Part shown: one piece after another, positions 1-12,100 of the stretch
Position numbering within the stretch: the first letter of the stretch is position 1
Layout of the letters: each line of letters starts with the position of its first letter
Source: Raillietiella orientalis
Lineage: Eukaryota
Direction: 5' to 3'
Assembly (NCBI GenBank): GCA_036172245.1
Contig: JAYWIR010000022.1
Coordinates: 1,798,001-1,862,000 of the forward strand
DNA: 64,000 nt
Notes under the pieces: generated by a model
Told to the model about the DNA's origin: nothing
Seen by the model: only the letters and a program-made list of their open reading frames with translations
The model's database searches: none
Translations under genes and position numbers: made by a program

Positions 1-13
1 CCCAGGTGGGGCA

Positions 14-560
14 TCACGAGGCGGTCTTCAGGAAGATCCACGCCCAATGTATGGAGTCTTTACCATTTCGGCATCTTCTTCTGGCGTTCCAGGCCCCCAC
101 CGTCCTGCGATGACAACTGCGAGGGACACGGTTGTTGGCAGAGCGGCTCCACGCTTGAAGAGGCGCCCGAAAATGTCCCCAGGGCCACCGCCCGCCGTGG
201 ATCCTAGGGTCGCCGCGAAACGATCCCAAAGGGGTCGGAAGGCAGCACAGTCCAACAACAGGTGTGAGAGGGTTTCCTTCGCACACCTGCCGCACTGAGC
301 GTCTACCCTTCCAAGTGTACAGTGGTGAAGGCGAGCTTTGCACGGGATTCCCCCATGCAACACCAGCAACTCCAACTCCTGCCGCTTGAGCCGGAAGGCG
401 CTGTTGTTCCAGTACTCTGGAGGCCACTTCACCCCCACTGGAGGGATATCGAGTAGCTCTCCCCCTGCGTACACTGAGGTTGGACACTTGGGTTCGCAGC
501 TATCCATCACCTTCCGAGTTGTCCAAGCCCCCATAAGTTTCTTCTATGCTGCTATGCAGC
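14..560 (-). mobile_element. Degenerate non-LTR retrotransposon (L1/Tx1-like) ORF2 C-terminus with CCHC zinc-knuckle-like region
   Basis: The minus-strand translation has CGRCAKETLSHLLLDC (CxxC...ET..H....C), followed after a frameshift by WNARRRC...F, which resembles the W.xR(N) motif at the end of L1/Tx1 ORF2. The frameshift indicates a dead copy. Confidence 0.7.
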
Positions 561-1559
561 TGGTCACATCTCACCTTGCCGGGATTACGCGGTCACTGGA
601 CTGAATGATGGAAATCCTTCTGGGTTCTTTGCTGTTTCTCTGCTTCCCTTTGGAATTTTTTTTCGGGATTTCTTTTTTTTGGTTCGCTAAGTACTGAAGA
701 ACTGTTTATCTCCTTAGGGAAAGGGGAGGAAGGGGGCTTACAAAGCTCTTTAAGCACTGTACCTATGTAACTTCAGGTAGAAGGCAACCCTGGAAACCAA
801 CTAAAAGAATTCAAAGGAACGGGTCCGTTCCCCTTACGCTTGGTAGGTAGGAAACCCTGAAGGGAACCCTCGCCCTGGTTGTCTCCGAAGGGAAACCACC
901 TCTTCCTTATTCACTCCGGAGGAGTCGGTTCCCCAAAGAAGCTTCCACCTCATTTCTTTTCCAAAGGGAACTCGGAAAGGATATTCTCCTGAATTTCTTC
1001 TCCGGAGAGACCATCAGAAAGAATCCTCTCCTTGTTTCATCCTTTGAAGAGAACCACGAACAGACGCTTCTCAACTTCTCTGGAGGGCACTCCGCGAAGG
1101 GAGCGGCACGCTTCTTACACTCTGGAGGGACAACCCTCAAGCTGGTTGATATCGCCGAGAGGAATATCAACCAGCTCCGTGACACGGTTTCCTTTTTACA
1201 ACCGGAGGGGAACGCCGCAGGGAACCGGCTCACTGATGTCCTGGAAGGAACCCGGAGGGCCAACTTTCAATTCTGGCCAGTCAAAGGGGGCATCCGGTTT
1301 CCGAATTTCACCAGTCCCGAAACCTACCGGCCGACCAGCGTCATCTTATCAGAGGGAGACTTGAAAGCCAGGATGCACTCCCATTCTTTGCATTGGTCCC
1401 TTACGGAAACCGTCAACTCTTAGTATCACGAGCAGAGACAATGGTCATACGGCCGCCAACGCGGACTTCCTGTGTTCAAAGATAATGGGGAGCAGGAAGA
1501 GAGGAAAGGAAAGGGGGAAGAGCACCTTTTTACTCTATGAAGAAGTCCTTGGGCAATTC

Positions 1560-2000
1560 AGACTAAGAGTCACTGCCATTGAACTTCACCTCCGTTCGCT
1601 CGTCTGTAGGAATCCATCCTCCTGGTTCCTGCAAGAGCAATCCAGTGACATCCCATCCCGAGATCCTCAGTAAGGGCCACCCCCCAAGATCCGGGAAAGC
1701 TACCTCACTGAGGAGAGCCTCCCGCAAACCTGTGCTCGGGATACTTCCCATGTGAGCGTCCCCGGTGCTGGAACAGGAGCCCTTTCTCCCACTCGCCTCG
1801 AGGCGAGCGCATGGTGGAAACCGCCAGTTGCCAGGATTGCCAGGCAAAAGAGGTAGGGGTGCAGAGGGTTGTTGCTAGGGTCCGTTGGACGAAGTTGCGA
1901 GCTGCAACCACGAGGACACCTGAAGGCATCAGCCACCGACCTTTCCCTATGAGCAGTTCTCTCGTCGCCCTCTCAGGAGACAGTGTGGAAGCGAAGACGC
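1560..2000 (-). mobile_element. Possible degenerate reverse-transcriptase fragment (non-LTR)
   Basis: ADAFRCPRG...PLHPYLFCLAIL resembles the RT motif F...RG.RQGCPLSPxLFxLAIE. No intact YADD was seen. Confidence 0.45.
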
Positions 2001-5000
2001 TTCGTCCTGCCACCTGGGCGTTAGACACAGGAGTAGAAGTGGGTTCGTTCTTCCCCTGTGGTCTCCAGACCCTTCGTTTGACTTCGCGCATGCATAAATG
2101 CTATTATAAAGGCAAACGTGAGAAGGAGGGACTTTTATTGTTTGCGAAACGTGGGAAAAGAAGGAAAGGGGGCAAAAATTAGAAAACGCGCCTTCCCTGG
2201 AAGGTTAATAAGGAAGAAGGAACCAGGTCAGCTCGCTCGCATGAAAACCCCTAGCGCATTGCTTCCTTCTCCTCTTCTTAGCTTTTTGCGGCCGAAAGGC
2301 CGGCAATGGCGAGTACTCGGAACTCTCGACCCAGTTGGCGGCGCTACTGGCCTCAGTCAGGGACCCTGCCCAACACCGTGCGAATGGCTGCTGACCACCT
2401 GCTGACGGCAGGTGGTCAGCAGCGAAAGGTGGAGGAAGAGTTTTTCGGACAAGCAACAAGCGCCTACGTTGCAAGGGAAACCTCGAGACGAGGAGGGATG
2501 GAGCGGGAATTCGAAAGTGCCAGAAATTGGGCAGTGAAAGGATCATCTCGGATGGCCTTTTCGACCAGAATGAACGCGTGAGGCATCCCTCATTCCAGAT
2601 GAGAGCTCCTGCTGAGTGCGGAGGTGCTCTTGATCCACGAATCCCTTGGAGCGATGCGGGACCAGAGGATTGTTGTTGCCCTGGAGCGCAAAAAAGGCTT
2701 CTAGATACGAAGAGAAAACTTCACGGGCGGTTCAGTGCTTTCCAGAAAGACACAGTCGCCATTTTCTCCAACTGCCCGGTTGCCCACGGAGCTTTCGTGC
2801 CGCCTCTCACAAGGTCGTTTCGTCGCTGCAAATCTGCAGCTCCTCGAATCTCACGGAGGAGTAGCCCTGCGTGTCTGCGCACACTCGGGCACGTGCTAGC
2901 ACGGCACGTGCGCAGGTGCGCTCGTGCAGACACGCATGTGGCGCATTCACGCCCGCGCGCAACTAGTGCAGGGTTCACTGCCGTCAGCAGCACAGGTCCT
3001 GCTAGTGGCCATCGGAGATTTCGCCCTTGTTTGAGAGCGTGGACCATCCTTGCGAAGAGTTTCCTCACAGAGATCCCTCCCGATGGCGCGCGCAATGTCC
3101 AAACGTCTCTGTGGCTCCAGGTTGCCCTGCCTGAGGTCCTTTACTGTTGAGCCGACGGGCTGCGCCTCCTCCATGTTGTCATCGTCATTTGGCCCACCAA
3201 CGATCAGAACAGATTCCATCTTGGTCATAGAAGAGGAGGCAGAAAAAGAAGGAAAAGCCAAGTGGTGGCACTATGAACTCTTTTTTTCCCGGGCCGGAAC
3301 CTTCTCCAATCTCGGACTGCCTCTCGACCGTCGTAATGCGGAAACTGTCGGCTGCATCCAGTCAGGCCGCAGAGATCTGCCCTGTCGACGACGAAAACAT
3401 CAACCAATCAGCTGACTGACGCTTTCTTTGCGATTTCGGAGACGGAGGACGCACTCTGGTCCAAGGCTTCTGGGTCGCTTCGACTGCCACCTTTGTCGGC
3501 CGCCGTGATCGCGGCTGGTTTTTGCTCACTCCCGCATCCAAGTATCCGCACGCCCATTACGAGGAAGTCCTGGCTCATGCTTCGAACCATTGGCTGCGGG
3601 ATTTCGGGGGTACTCCAGCAGGCAGCCGGTTCCTCTTCAAGACGCTGAGGATATCTGGTGAAGCGGTCTTGACAATGCCATCGGCAGTTGCTCCTCGTTG
3701 TCCCCAATTGCTCTTCGCTGCTCTTGCCTGGTCTGCTCCTGACGCAGCTCTGTGAATTCAAGGACGACTCACACCTTCTGGTTAACGTTCGAGGCCCCCT
3801 GATGATCTCTTCGGGTGCACCTGAGCAGTCCTAAGCTAGCAGACTTCGTACCCATCCGTACCAAGGCGCACGTGCGTGTACGTGCACAGTGTGCCCTCTG
3901 CTATCTCTGGTCGCGCGCATGAATTTCCCGCAACGCAGCCGGAGGACCTGAAGATATCGGTTTCTATGTGGGCAGCCCCGGAATGAAAAAGAATCGAGGC
4001 GAGGGAGAGGAACCTTCCTCAAGATATCTCTGATCCACAACATCCGAGCCGATCATGCTTTAGTTCTCCCGCCTCCACGTGACTCTCTTCTGGCTCGTTG
4101 GAGAACAGAGAAAGGTCCGAGGCATCGGTACAGATCAGCATCTCTTGAGGACCTCGGTCGCTCTTGCGCTGGAAATGCTGTTCGGCGCCGCCTCAGAACC
4201 TAAAAGGAGGAGGATGGGATGACTCTTGGGGTGGATAGGAAGGGTAGGAAGGGAAACTGGGGGAATCCTTGGGGTGACAGAGAAGGATGAGAGCCATGTC
4301 TTCGTCGGAATACTCTTCCTTCAAGAGTTACTGTCGAAGTTCTTTCCTCATCTTTAGGCCAAGAGAGGTGGCTCCTCGCACTCTGAGAGCCTCTCACACA
4401 GGCGCTCAGGGTTGGCACGGACGAAAGGCGTTTCATCCCGATTTGGAGAAGTTCGAGAGGAAGATGAGAAGAGGGAAAAAAACGCACTGCTATGCCGCTC
4501 GAGGGGTAGAAGCAACGGAACATGGACGAACGAAACGAGAGTCTGGTTCCTCTCGGTGGACGTGCGCGTTTCCCTTCGGGCTTAGAGGGATGGTTGCAGC
4601 GCGCACAGATCTCCTTTCGCTTTCGCGGCCAAGACGGCTCCGACCTCTCACCTCCGCCGTAGGGAAAGCAGGTCTGAAAAAGGGACTGCTATCTTGGAAA
4701 CTGCTGCTTCGGGAACTCGCGCCGAAGATTCCCACGGCGTCAGGTGCAGAGGATGGAGAATAGGAGGAGGAGGAGGTGGTGAATGCTCTGGAGACAGAGC
4801 GTGCACGCGACCTGCCGCCCCCTAGACCCCCGACTGACACGTGCGAAAGTTGTGCTGCCAGGGGCCACCCCTCTTCTCCCCTTTCGTCCTCCTCCTCCGC
4901 TCCGGAGGCTGTCCTGACGCTTCCTCCCTTACTTCTCCTCTCTTTCGGGAGGCTGCTCGCTCTCGCTTCGCGACGCGTGCGCTCGTGCCACCGCTGAGCC

Positions 5001-6059
5001 CTCTTGCGCTCCCCGTTTTCTGAGATCGAACGGAGCCTGTTTTCTTCGATCGGTTTCCTTGGAAGCGCGCGCGGAGAAAAACAGGTGAAAGGGAAGCCGC
5101 GGGCGACTGCTTTTCCGGTTTCCTTCAGGGAACTCGATCGTCCCCACTCTGCGCCACCAGCGACCTGGCGAGGTGCGCAGAAGAGGGCGACATGGCTAAG
5201 CAGGTCTCGGAGTCGGAACAGAAACGGAGGAAACGCACCGGTCTCCGGCATGCAAGGAGCTACGCTTCCTCTTCCCTGCAGCTGCGCAAAGGTAGGAGAG
5301 CCCTTCCTGCCGACAAGAGCAGGATGAAACTTCGGAAACTTTCTTCCCGTTCCCCTGTTCCGGGACAGTGGCTGGGGAGAGAGGGACGGAGTGAGAATGA
5401 GAGAGAGAGCGTAAACGCCCGTGGCTGGTGAGGGTTTGGTCGGTGGGGCGGGCGACGGCGTCGAGGTGCTGAGACATTCGCCCACAAGCCACCAACCAAC
5501 GCCTCCTCACGGATTCCAGCTGCCTGCCTTCCAGCACTGGCTTACAGGCCGAGACGGAGTGTAAGGAGACACCCGCGCTTCCTCTAGTCCTCTTCTCGCT
5601 GTTGCCGCCGTCGTCGCCCTGATTCCTTCGGATTCCACAACCACCCTTGGTTCCTTTCCTCCTCTCCGCAAGGCCGACTGGCTTGTGAGCCACCTGCGAG
5701 TTCCACACGACCTCGGGTTCCTTCGCGACTGTCGGCCCCCTTGATTCCGCGGCGATCACCCCTAGCCTCGGCAACATAACCCTCCGGCTGCAGGTGACTG
5801 CCCTTCCGCTCGTGTACAATGCAGAGAAGACCGTCGGTGGAGGGATCGCAAGAGCATCCCCAGATTTCTTTCGTCTGCTCCTCTTCCCGCAACAACTCGA
5901 ATGACGATGATGTGAAGGACGAGAACAATGATAAGGAGGAGGAAGAAGGGAAGCACTGCTTCTAGAGGTGCAGGAAAACCAGAGCGACGGACGAAGGCCG
6001 TTTCGTCCGCCCCTCCTCTCCAAGAGCGAGTACGCGCATGAGCCCTCCGGCGCATCCGA

Positions 6060-8400
6060 GATCGCCTGGCTGTCCGGCTCGTGGAAGAGCGGCAGAGCGG
6101 CTGGGCCGAGAGGAGAGAGAGAGAGGGAGAGAGGGGAACAAGCGAGGGGGCCGGCCGCGCCCTCCCTCAGTTTCTTTTTTTAGCGGCTGACCGAGGGCGC
6201 TGGCGCCGCCTCCAGGGGGCGTTGATCCTCCCCCGCTCGCGGTGCGGCTGCCCATCGCTGCCTCCCCGGGCGGTTTTCACAGATCAGTGCCTCGCCCGCC
6301 CGCCCGCCCGCCGTTTCGCGGGGACACGCGCCCGCGCGCTCCTCCCGTCGGCAGGGCCCTGATAGCTTCCACAGGTCTTCCTGGGGTGCGGCGGCAGCGG
6401 AGCGACGCCCTCCCCAGGAGCCGCTCCCTGCCGGAAGGATGAGGGAGGGGCGGTGCTCGCGATGGCTGCACCCACCGGACCGCGAGGCCCCTGGGAGCGC
6501 CCTGCGGACGATGCAGCAGGGGCGGATTCCCTCAGCCACGATGGGCGGGGGGCAGTGTGTGTCCCCGACGATCACAAGATTGAGATGTCCGCGAGGTGAG
6601 CGCGCTCGTGACCGCGGAGCCCCCGGGGGAGGTCCTGGACCGGCGGCTGCCCGCGAGCGAGAGGCCGACACCCCGCTAATGATGGGTGTCGGCCTCCAGT
6701 GCGGGCACTCCTCCCCGATGTGCGCGCATCCGGGGCGCGTGTCGCCCGCAGAGGACCGCCGGAGGGCGGGTGCTCGTGCTCTGTCCTGTCCTCCTCTTTT
6801 AAAGTGCGGATGGGAACTGAAGGGGAGCTACTGAGGGGATGGGGGCATCAAGGGAATATTGCCCCCTTGTGGAGTGATGTGCAACTCCTCCGCCGTCCGT
6901 GGCAACGAGGTGCATGCGTCACAGTCTCCCCCTCCCTTCCCACCTCAGTCTCCCGGAGCTTCCGCCAGGCGACGAGCCCAGCATCCCTTTCGCCGGACCG
7001 CCGGGGAGAAAGTCGCCAGCGAACACGGTCAAAGCTGGCCAGTCATGTGACGGGGAGGAGGGAGCCATTCCTCCTCAGCTCCTTCCTCTGCTCAGCCAGG
7101 AGCTGGGGAAAATCCCAGACTCGCCCGCCACCCACCCCTAGCTGCCAATAGCCGTGGCTCTATCCAGATCAACCTTGAATTACAGGAGAAGGGTAGCGGC
7201 GGCCAAGGCTCCGAGGAGCAGGCGGGCGTTGTCCCGGGCGATTGCGCGCTCGAGAGCGTGACCCTCCGCGGACGACGAAGCGCACTCCCCCAGGAGTGTC
7301 ATTTCCCGAAAGCGCAGGGGAGTGGCCCCGGAGGGGACTCCGCACGAGGGAGAAGGGTTCGGGGTCACTGGAAAAAGGAGGGGAGTGGGCTGGAGGAAAA
7401 GAAGGCGAGGGTTTCGGGGAGTGGATGCTGACGCTGAAGGGGCTTCCCGTCTTCCCGGAATCCTCTCCCCTCCCCGGGGCAGCGCCTCGCCCGCTCTGCG
7501 GCTGCGGCGCACGCCGCTCGTTTCCCCACTACGCGGCGCCTCTGCTCGCGAGGAGGTCGCCCGCTTTCGGGAGTTCGCTGTGCGCCGGCCGGACGACTCG
7601 ACGCCTCGTGCGCGCGCTCCGACGGCGTCGAGGACGACCACGCCGCCGCCGCCGCCGCCGCTGCGAAGGCTGCCCACGCCGGCTGGCTGCTCAAGGAGGG
7701 AACTCTCTGTCCGAAGAAGTCGAAGAGGTACGTTCTTCCCCTCCCGCGCTCCGCTTGCGACCACCCCATCCTCTCTCTCGGGGAGGAGAGGGGGGACCAA
7801 GGTGGCAAGGCGCCTGCCTGCCTGCCCTGCCCTGCCTCCCCCTCCACCTCCCACCCCGGACTTCCGCCCTCCAGCCGGCGCCACCAGTGGGCGGATGGGG
7901 GGGATCCGAGACGAGCGGCTAACCGGCGTCCTGGTCGGTCCTTCCCTGTCCCCCCATCGCGTGAGACCCCCTCAGGAGACGGGGACACTACTAGGAGAAA
8001 TAGCGGAGTGCACCTTCCCCCCCCACCCCGCAGCCTCCCCCTCCTGTGTCGTAGGAAAAGCCATCCCCTTCCTTGGCGCGCTGGCAGCGACGGATGTGAC
8101 TGTCGCGGGGTTACGACCTACAGAGTAACCGGGTGGCGGCGCGCGACGCGGAACTGCCACCCTCTCGCGGTGGGCAACAAAGGACGGCCAGGCTGACGTT
8201 CGAGGGCGTTTCCGGCGCGACTCTCCTCCAAGGAACCGAGATGCGGTTACCCCGTCCGTTTCCGCCCGAGCCTACGAGAACCCGGTGCGTTCCCTAGGAG
8301 TCGTTATCTCCTCCTCTCTTCCTCTCCCACGAGCCTCCGCCCTTTCTGAAGACAGCCCCGCTAGCCTTGCCCGGTAGGGTAGGTCAACCAGCCCCATCTC
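6060..8400 (+). promoter_or_regulatory. Very GC/CpG-rich segment, candidate promoter and first-exon region of the DYRK gene
   Basis: Among the most GC/CpG-dense parts of the window by eye, with GC-box-like cgcccgcccgcccgcc, a (GCC)n run, and good + strand donors at 6596 (GAG|GTGAGC) and 7728 (GAG|GTACGT). The 16909 exon needs an upstream exon. No TSS evidence. Confidence 0.35.
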
Positions 8401-9025
8401 CGGAGCGCGCCGCCATCCGCCTGGCACTCGGTGGCATGGCCTTTCGGTGGGCTACGCGTTTTTTTTCTTTTTTTTTTTTTGTTTTTTTTCCGTCCTTTTT
8501 TGCCCCCTTCTCGGCGGCGACTCCGTGCACGGTGGAACGCCCTCCGCGCGGTCGAAGGTCATCGTCTCGGGATCCTGGCGAGTTGCCATCCCGGTACCGG
8601 CGGCGGGGGCCCACGGCTTCGACGGGAAGGACGACGACGACGCTTCCTCGGATGGGAGGGGGACTCGCGGATACATGGATGGCGAGACAGTATCCATGTC
8701 AGGAACCTCCTTTGCGCTTTTTTCGTGTGAGGTTTTTCCGTTTTTTTTTTTTTTGTGTGTGTGTGTGTGTGTGCCTTTCCTGCGCATGCGCTGGGACGAG
8801 TTCGCGTCTCCCCCGCTTGCTTTGTTTGACGGCGGCCTGCTCGTTGCTCAGCCAGCCGCGTGGCGGCGCGCGCGAGCTCACTCGGAGCATCGCCCGATGT
8901 CATCTGCGAGGAGCGCTGCCTCCGCCTCATCTCGGAGCGGCGGTCGCAGCATCCATGCCGTGGGTCAGGAAGAAAGTTCTCCTGACCAAGCATTCTATGC
9001 GCGACTGTCCATTCCGTGCGCACTG

Positions 9026-9133
9026 GGTGCCAGCCGGGATGGACAGCTCCCCTTCCGAGACTCCGGAACGGATGGTGCCAGCCGGGATGGACAGCTCCCC
9101 TTCCGAGACTCCGGAACGGGTGGCGCCAGCCGG
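9026..9133. repeat. 48-bp tandem repeat, about 2.25 copies
   Basis: ggtgccagccgggatggacagctccccttccgagactccggaacgg(a/g)t starts at 9026 and 9074, with a partial copy at 9122. Confidence 0.95.
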
Positions 9134-12100
9134 TCTGTCCCGGAACTTGCTGGGGGTCACTTTCTGCTGTTGCGGCGACGAGCAGCGCGTCTCGGGCAGG
9201 GAAAAAGCCCTTGCCATCGGCACTGCGAGCTGCAGCATGTGAAGCAGTTGCCATCTTAATTGAGTCTGCACACACGCGCTCGCTCGCTTCCCCTCCCTCC
9301 CTTTCGTGCTCCTTGGTCAGCGATCTGCGCTGCTTGCCTTTTGTCGCCACGCTGCTCTCGTCCCCGCCTGCTTCAGGGTACCGCGCTTGTTCAAGCAACG
9401 TGACGCGGATCCTCCACGCAGATAAGGAGGCGACGAGCCCTCCTCCTCTTCCCCTCCGAACCGTTCGCCCGCCAGCATCCTGCGTGCGCTGGAAAGCGAG
9501 ATGACTGCGTTTCACGATGCTCTCTCGGTCACTTGTCCCTTCCCGGGTAAGGAGGAACGCGAGGGGAGGAGAAGGCCGGGAGATGCGCTGCGTTTCGGTT
9601 TCGCAGTGTATCGATCCGGTGCGCGCGTCCTCATCGGCCGTAATTGCACACAACAGCGGATTACCCGGTAAACGCGTTTCGGGAACACCCTCCTACCAGA
9701 TTGCGCTTTTTTTTTTCTTTTCCCCCCCCCCCCTTCTTCTTCCTCCTCCTCCTTCTCCTGTTGGAAAACCGTTACTGTTGGCAGCTATCATGGTATTAGG
9801 GATAGCCTTGTTAACAAGGTCACCGCCAAATCTCGTGGAGTTCTTGGAGAAGAGGAGAAAAAAATCGCTCCTTAATTGAAAACCCGATGTTCAGGCAAAT
9901 AACGATGATGTGGTGATAATGGAGCCCGAATCGTCGCAAGTGCGCAGCTTCAAGATGCTCTCCATGGCAATTAACGCAAAACAAATAGGTTTGCAAGGTT
10001 GCCATGATGACCCTGATGCTATGATGAGGCTCTCGGATGCGATTTCGTTGTTCGCTTTTCCACAGCATTTCACAAGCAGATATATAGTGCACGGTGATAA
10101 AAGGAGGGAAGAGAGGAAGGGAGGAGGACGGGGGGGGAGAGGTGCAGAGAAGGTAGGAAAGGAAAGAGAAAGACGTGGTTTTCCTTCCCTCTCCATGTGG
10201 AGGTGTCCATGATTAGTCCTCAGAAGTAGGGAAATCGCCGCTTTCCTCTCCGCGCTTGCGCCGCGCTTCCTTTAATTCACTTTCGCGAGTGCACGAAAAG
10301 GTGTTCATTCCGGTGGAAAAGCCCCACCGAAGTCGAGCGTTCCGCTCCCGTTTCCGCCCCCCCCCCCCCCCCCACACACACAACATGCAGATGCTGGATG
10401 GGAGGATGTGATTCTGTTCGCGGGTTTGCACGCGGCTCGTTGTCCGTGTCGGATGGATGCAGATAGCGTGATTTATGTGTGCTTAATTGTAGCCATCATT
10501 CGCTGGTGCATTTTATGGCGCTGTTTGCGGGATCGAAAGTCGGGTTGTTTCGCTGTTTTCGGCTGCTCCCCCATTTCGTTCCGTGGAAAGCTCCAGTGGT
10601 CCCTTTTTTCTGAAATGACCTTTCCTCGACTTAATAGGGGGAGGGGGAGGGAGGGGGTCACCTCTCCCGATACGTTTGCGGCCTGTCCCGACAGAGAGGG
10701 GGGGAGGGGATGGCTCCTTTTGTTCCGGCGTCGACTCGTGGGGGTTGAGCGATGGGAAAGATATTGGGTGCAGCCGCCCATTGGTAGTGGCGCTGCGCCA
10801 CTGCGAACGGTGGTGATCCTGGCGGCGCTCGGCGCGGGTCCGCCTTCGTTTGATCTGCGCGCCGATCGATCGGGACGCATTTTGTGCGGCTCCGGGGATC
10901 TCTCGTCACGTCTGGGAGAGAACGGGGGATTGCACAATCTGTTCGCGTCTGCTCTCCTTCGTGCGCAGTTGTTTTGCTGCAGGAATCACAACCAGTTCTT
11001 TCCCTGCGAGCGTTCCGCGTTCCCATTTAGGTCAACTGTGAACGTTGCGTTCGCGGTCGAAGTTTCGTGGGTGAGTCCGTTGCTGCGGATGATAAAGCGG
11101 ACGGACGGAGCTCTTCGTTGGAGCTCATCTCCGAGAACGGGCTGACCGCGCAGCGTGTTGCGCATACCTGGAAACCGCCTCGATTCGGGCAAGGTTGCCT
11201 GGGAGCATTCGAAACGCCCGGCGTTCGGATGCGGGGGGGGGGGGGGGAAGGAGAGCAGAAGATCGAGTGCGTAGCGTCCTGGAAGGAGGAAGTGCGCGTC
11301 CGACGAGCAGACTTTTTGCCCGGTTCGGTTTTCCCAGCGTCCCGAATCGTGTGCCGGGCTCAACCTGTTGCCGCTGTTGTCGTGGAAACGGTGAAAGTTC
11401 ACTTTCCTGCTTGGCCGCGATTCAGAGGCGGACGCCTCCTCGCCTTGCAGGGATGCCGAGACGAAGAAGGCTGTGCTGCTTGCGACCTGGTGTCACGGAG
11501 GCCCGTGGCTCGGAGGACCCTGGAGCGCGCGCGAATCGTGTCAGCACGTACCAGATGCTCGGCGTGCGCGCCAACAGAACCACCTCGAAAGTTCAAGGCG
11601 ACTTGTCTCGCGTGTCACCGCGATTCTGCTCTGCAGCAGCAGGGGTGGAAGGAAGGCGGGCGGCTCTGAGCAGACGTCAGGCGATCCTTTCGCTGTGCGT
11701 GCGCGTCCCGTTCTGCGCGACCTCACTCAAGTGGATGTACTGGAGTGCACCGAGCACCGTTGCACGGGTCGGTTGTTGAGCTTTCGTGGAGAGAGAGAGC
11801 ACAGTGGGAACGTCCGCACCTTCCGCGACGACAGGAGGAGGAAACTTCGCGGATGAATCACGAGCGTCCGGTGCTCGCAGTGCGCTTAAGCAGTTCGACG
11901 ATTCCTGGCATGGCAAGAGCGACTCTCCCCGAGGGGGGGGGGGGTTCGGGGTACGCGGAGCTCGTTTCCCGATCTGTGGACCCGTCGTTCTTTGAATTGG
12001 GCGCAGAGGGCAAAGTGCTTCGTGAACCCATGCAAGCATCTATCTGTGTCGGATGTCCCTGTTTCGTAGCAGAATGTCACTGGTGCGGGCGCTGCTCGGC

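Noticed and set aside
9026..9133. Repeat considered as a CRISPR array
   Set aside because: Head-to-tail units with no unique spacers, eukaryotic context and no cas genes.
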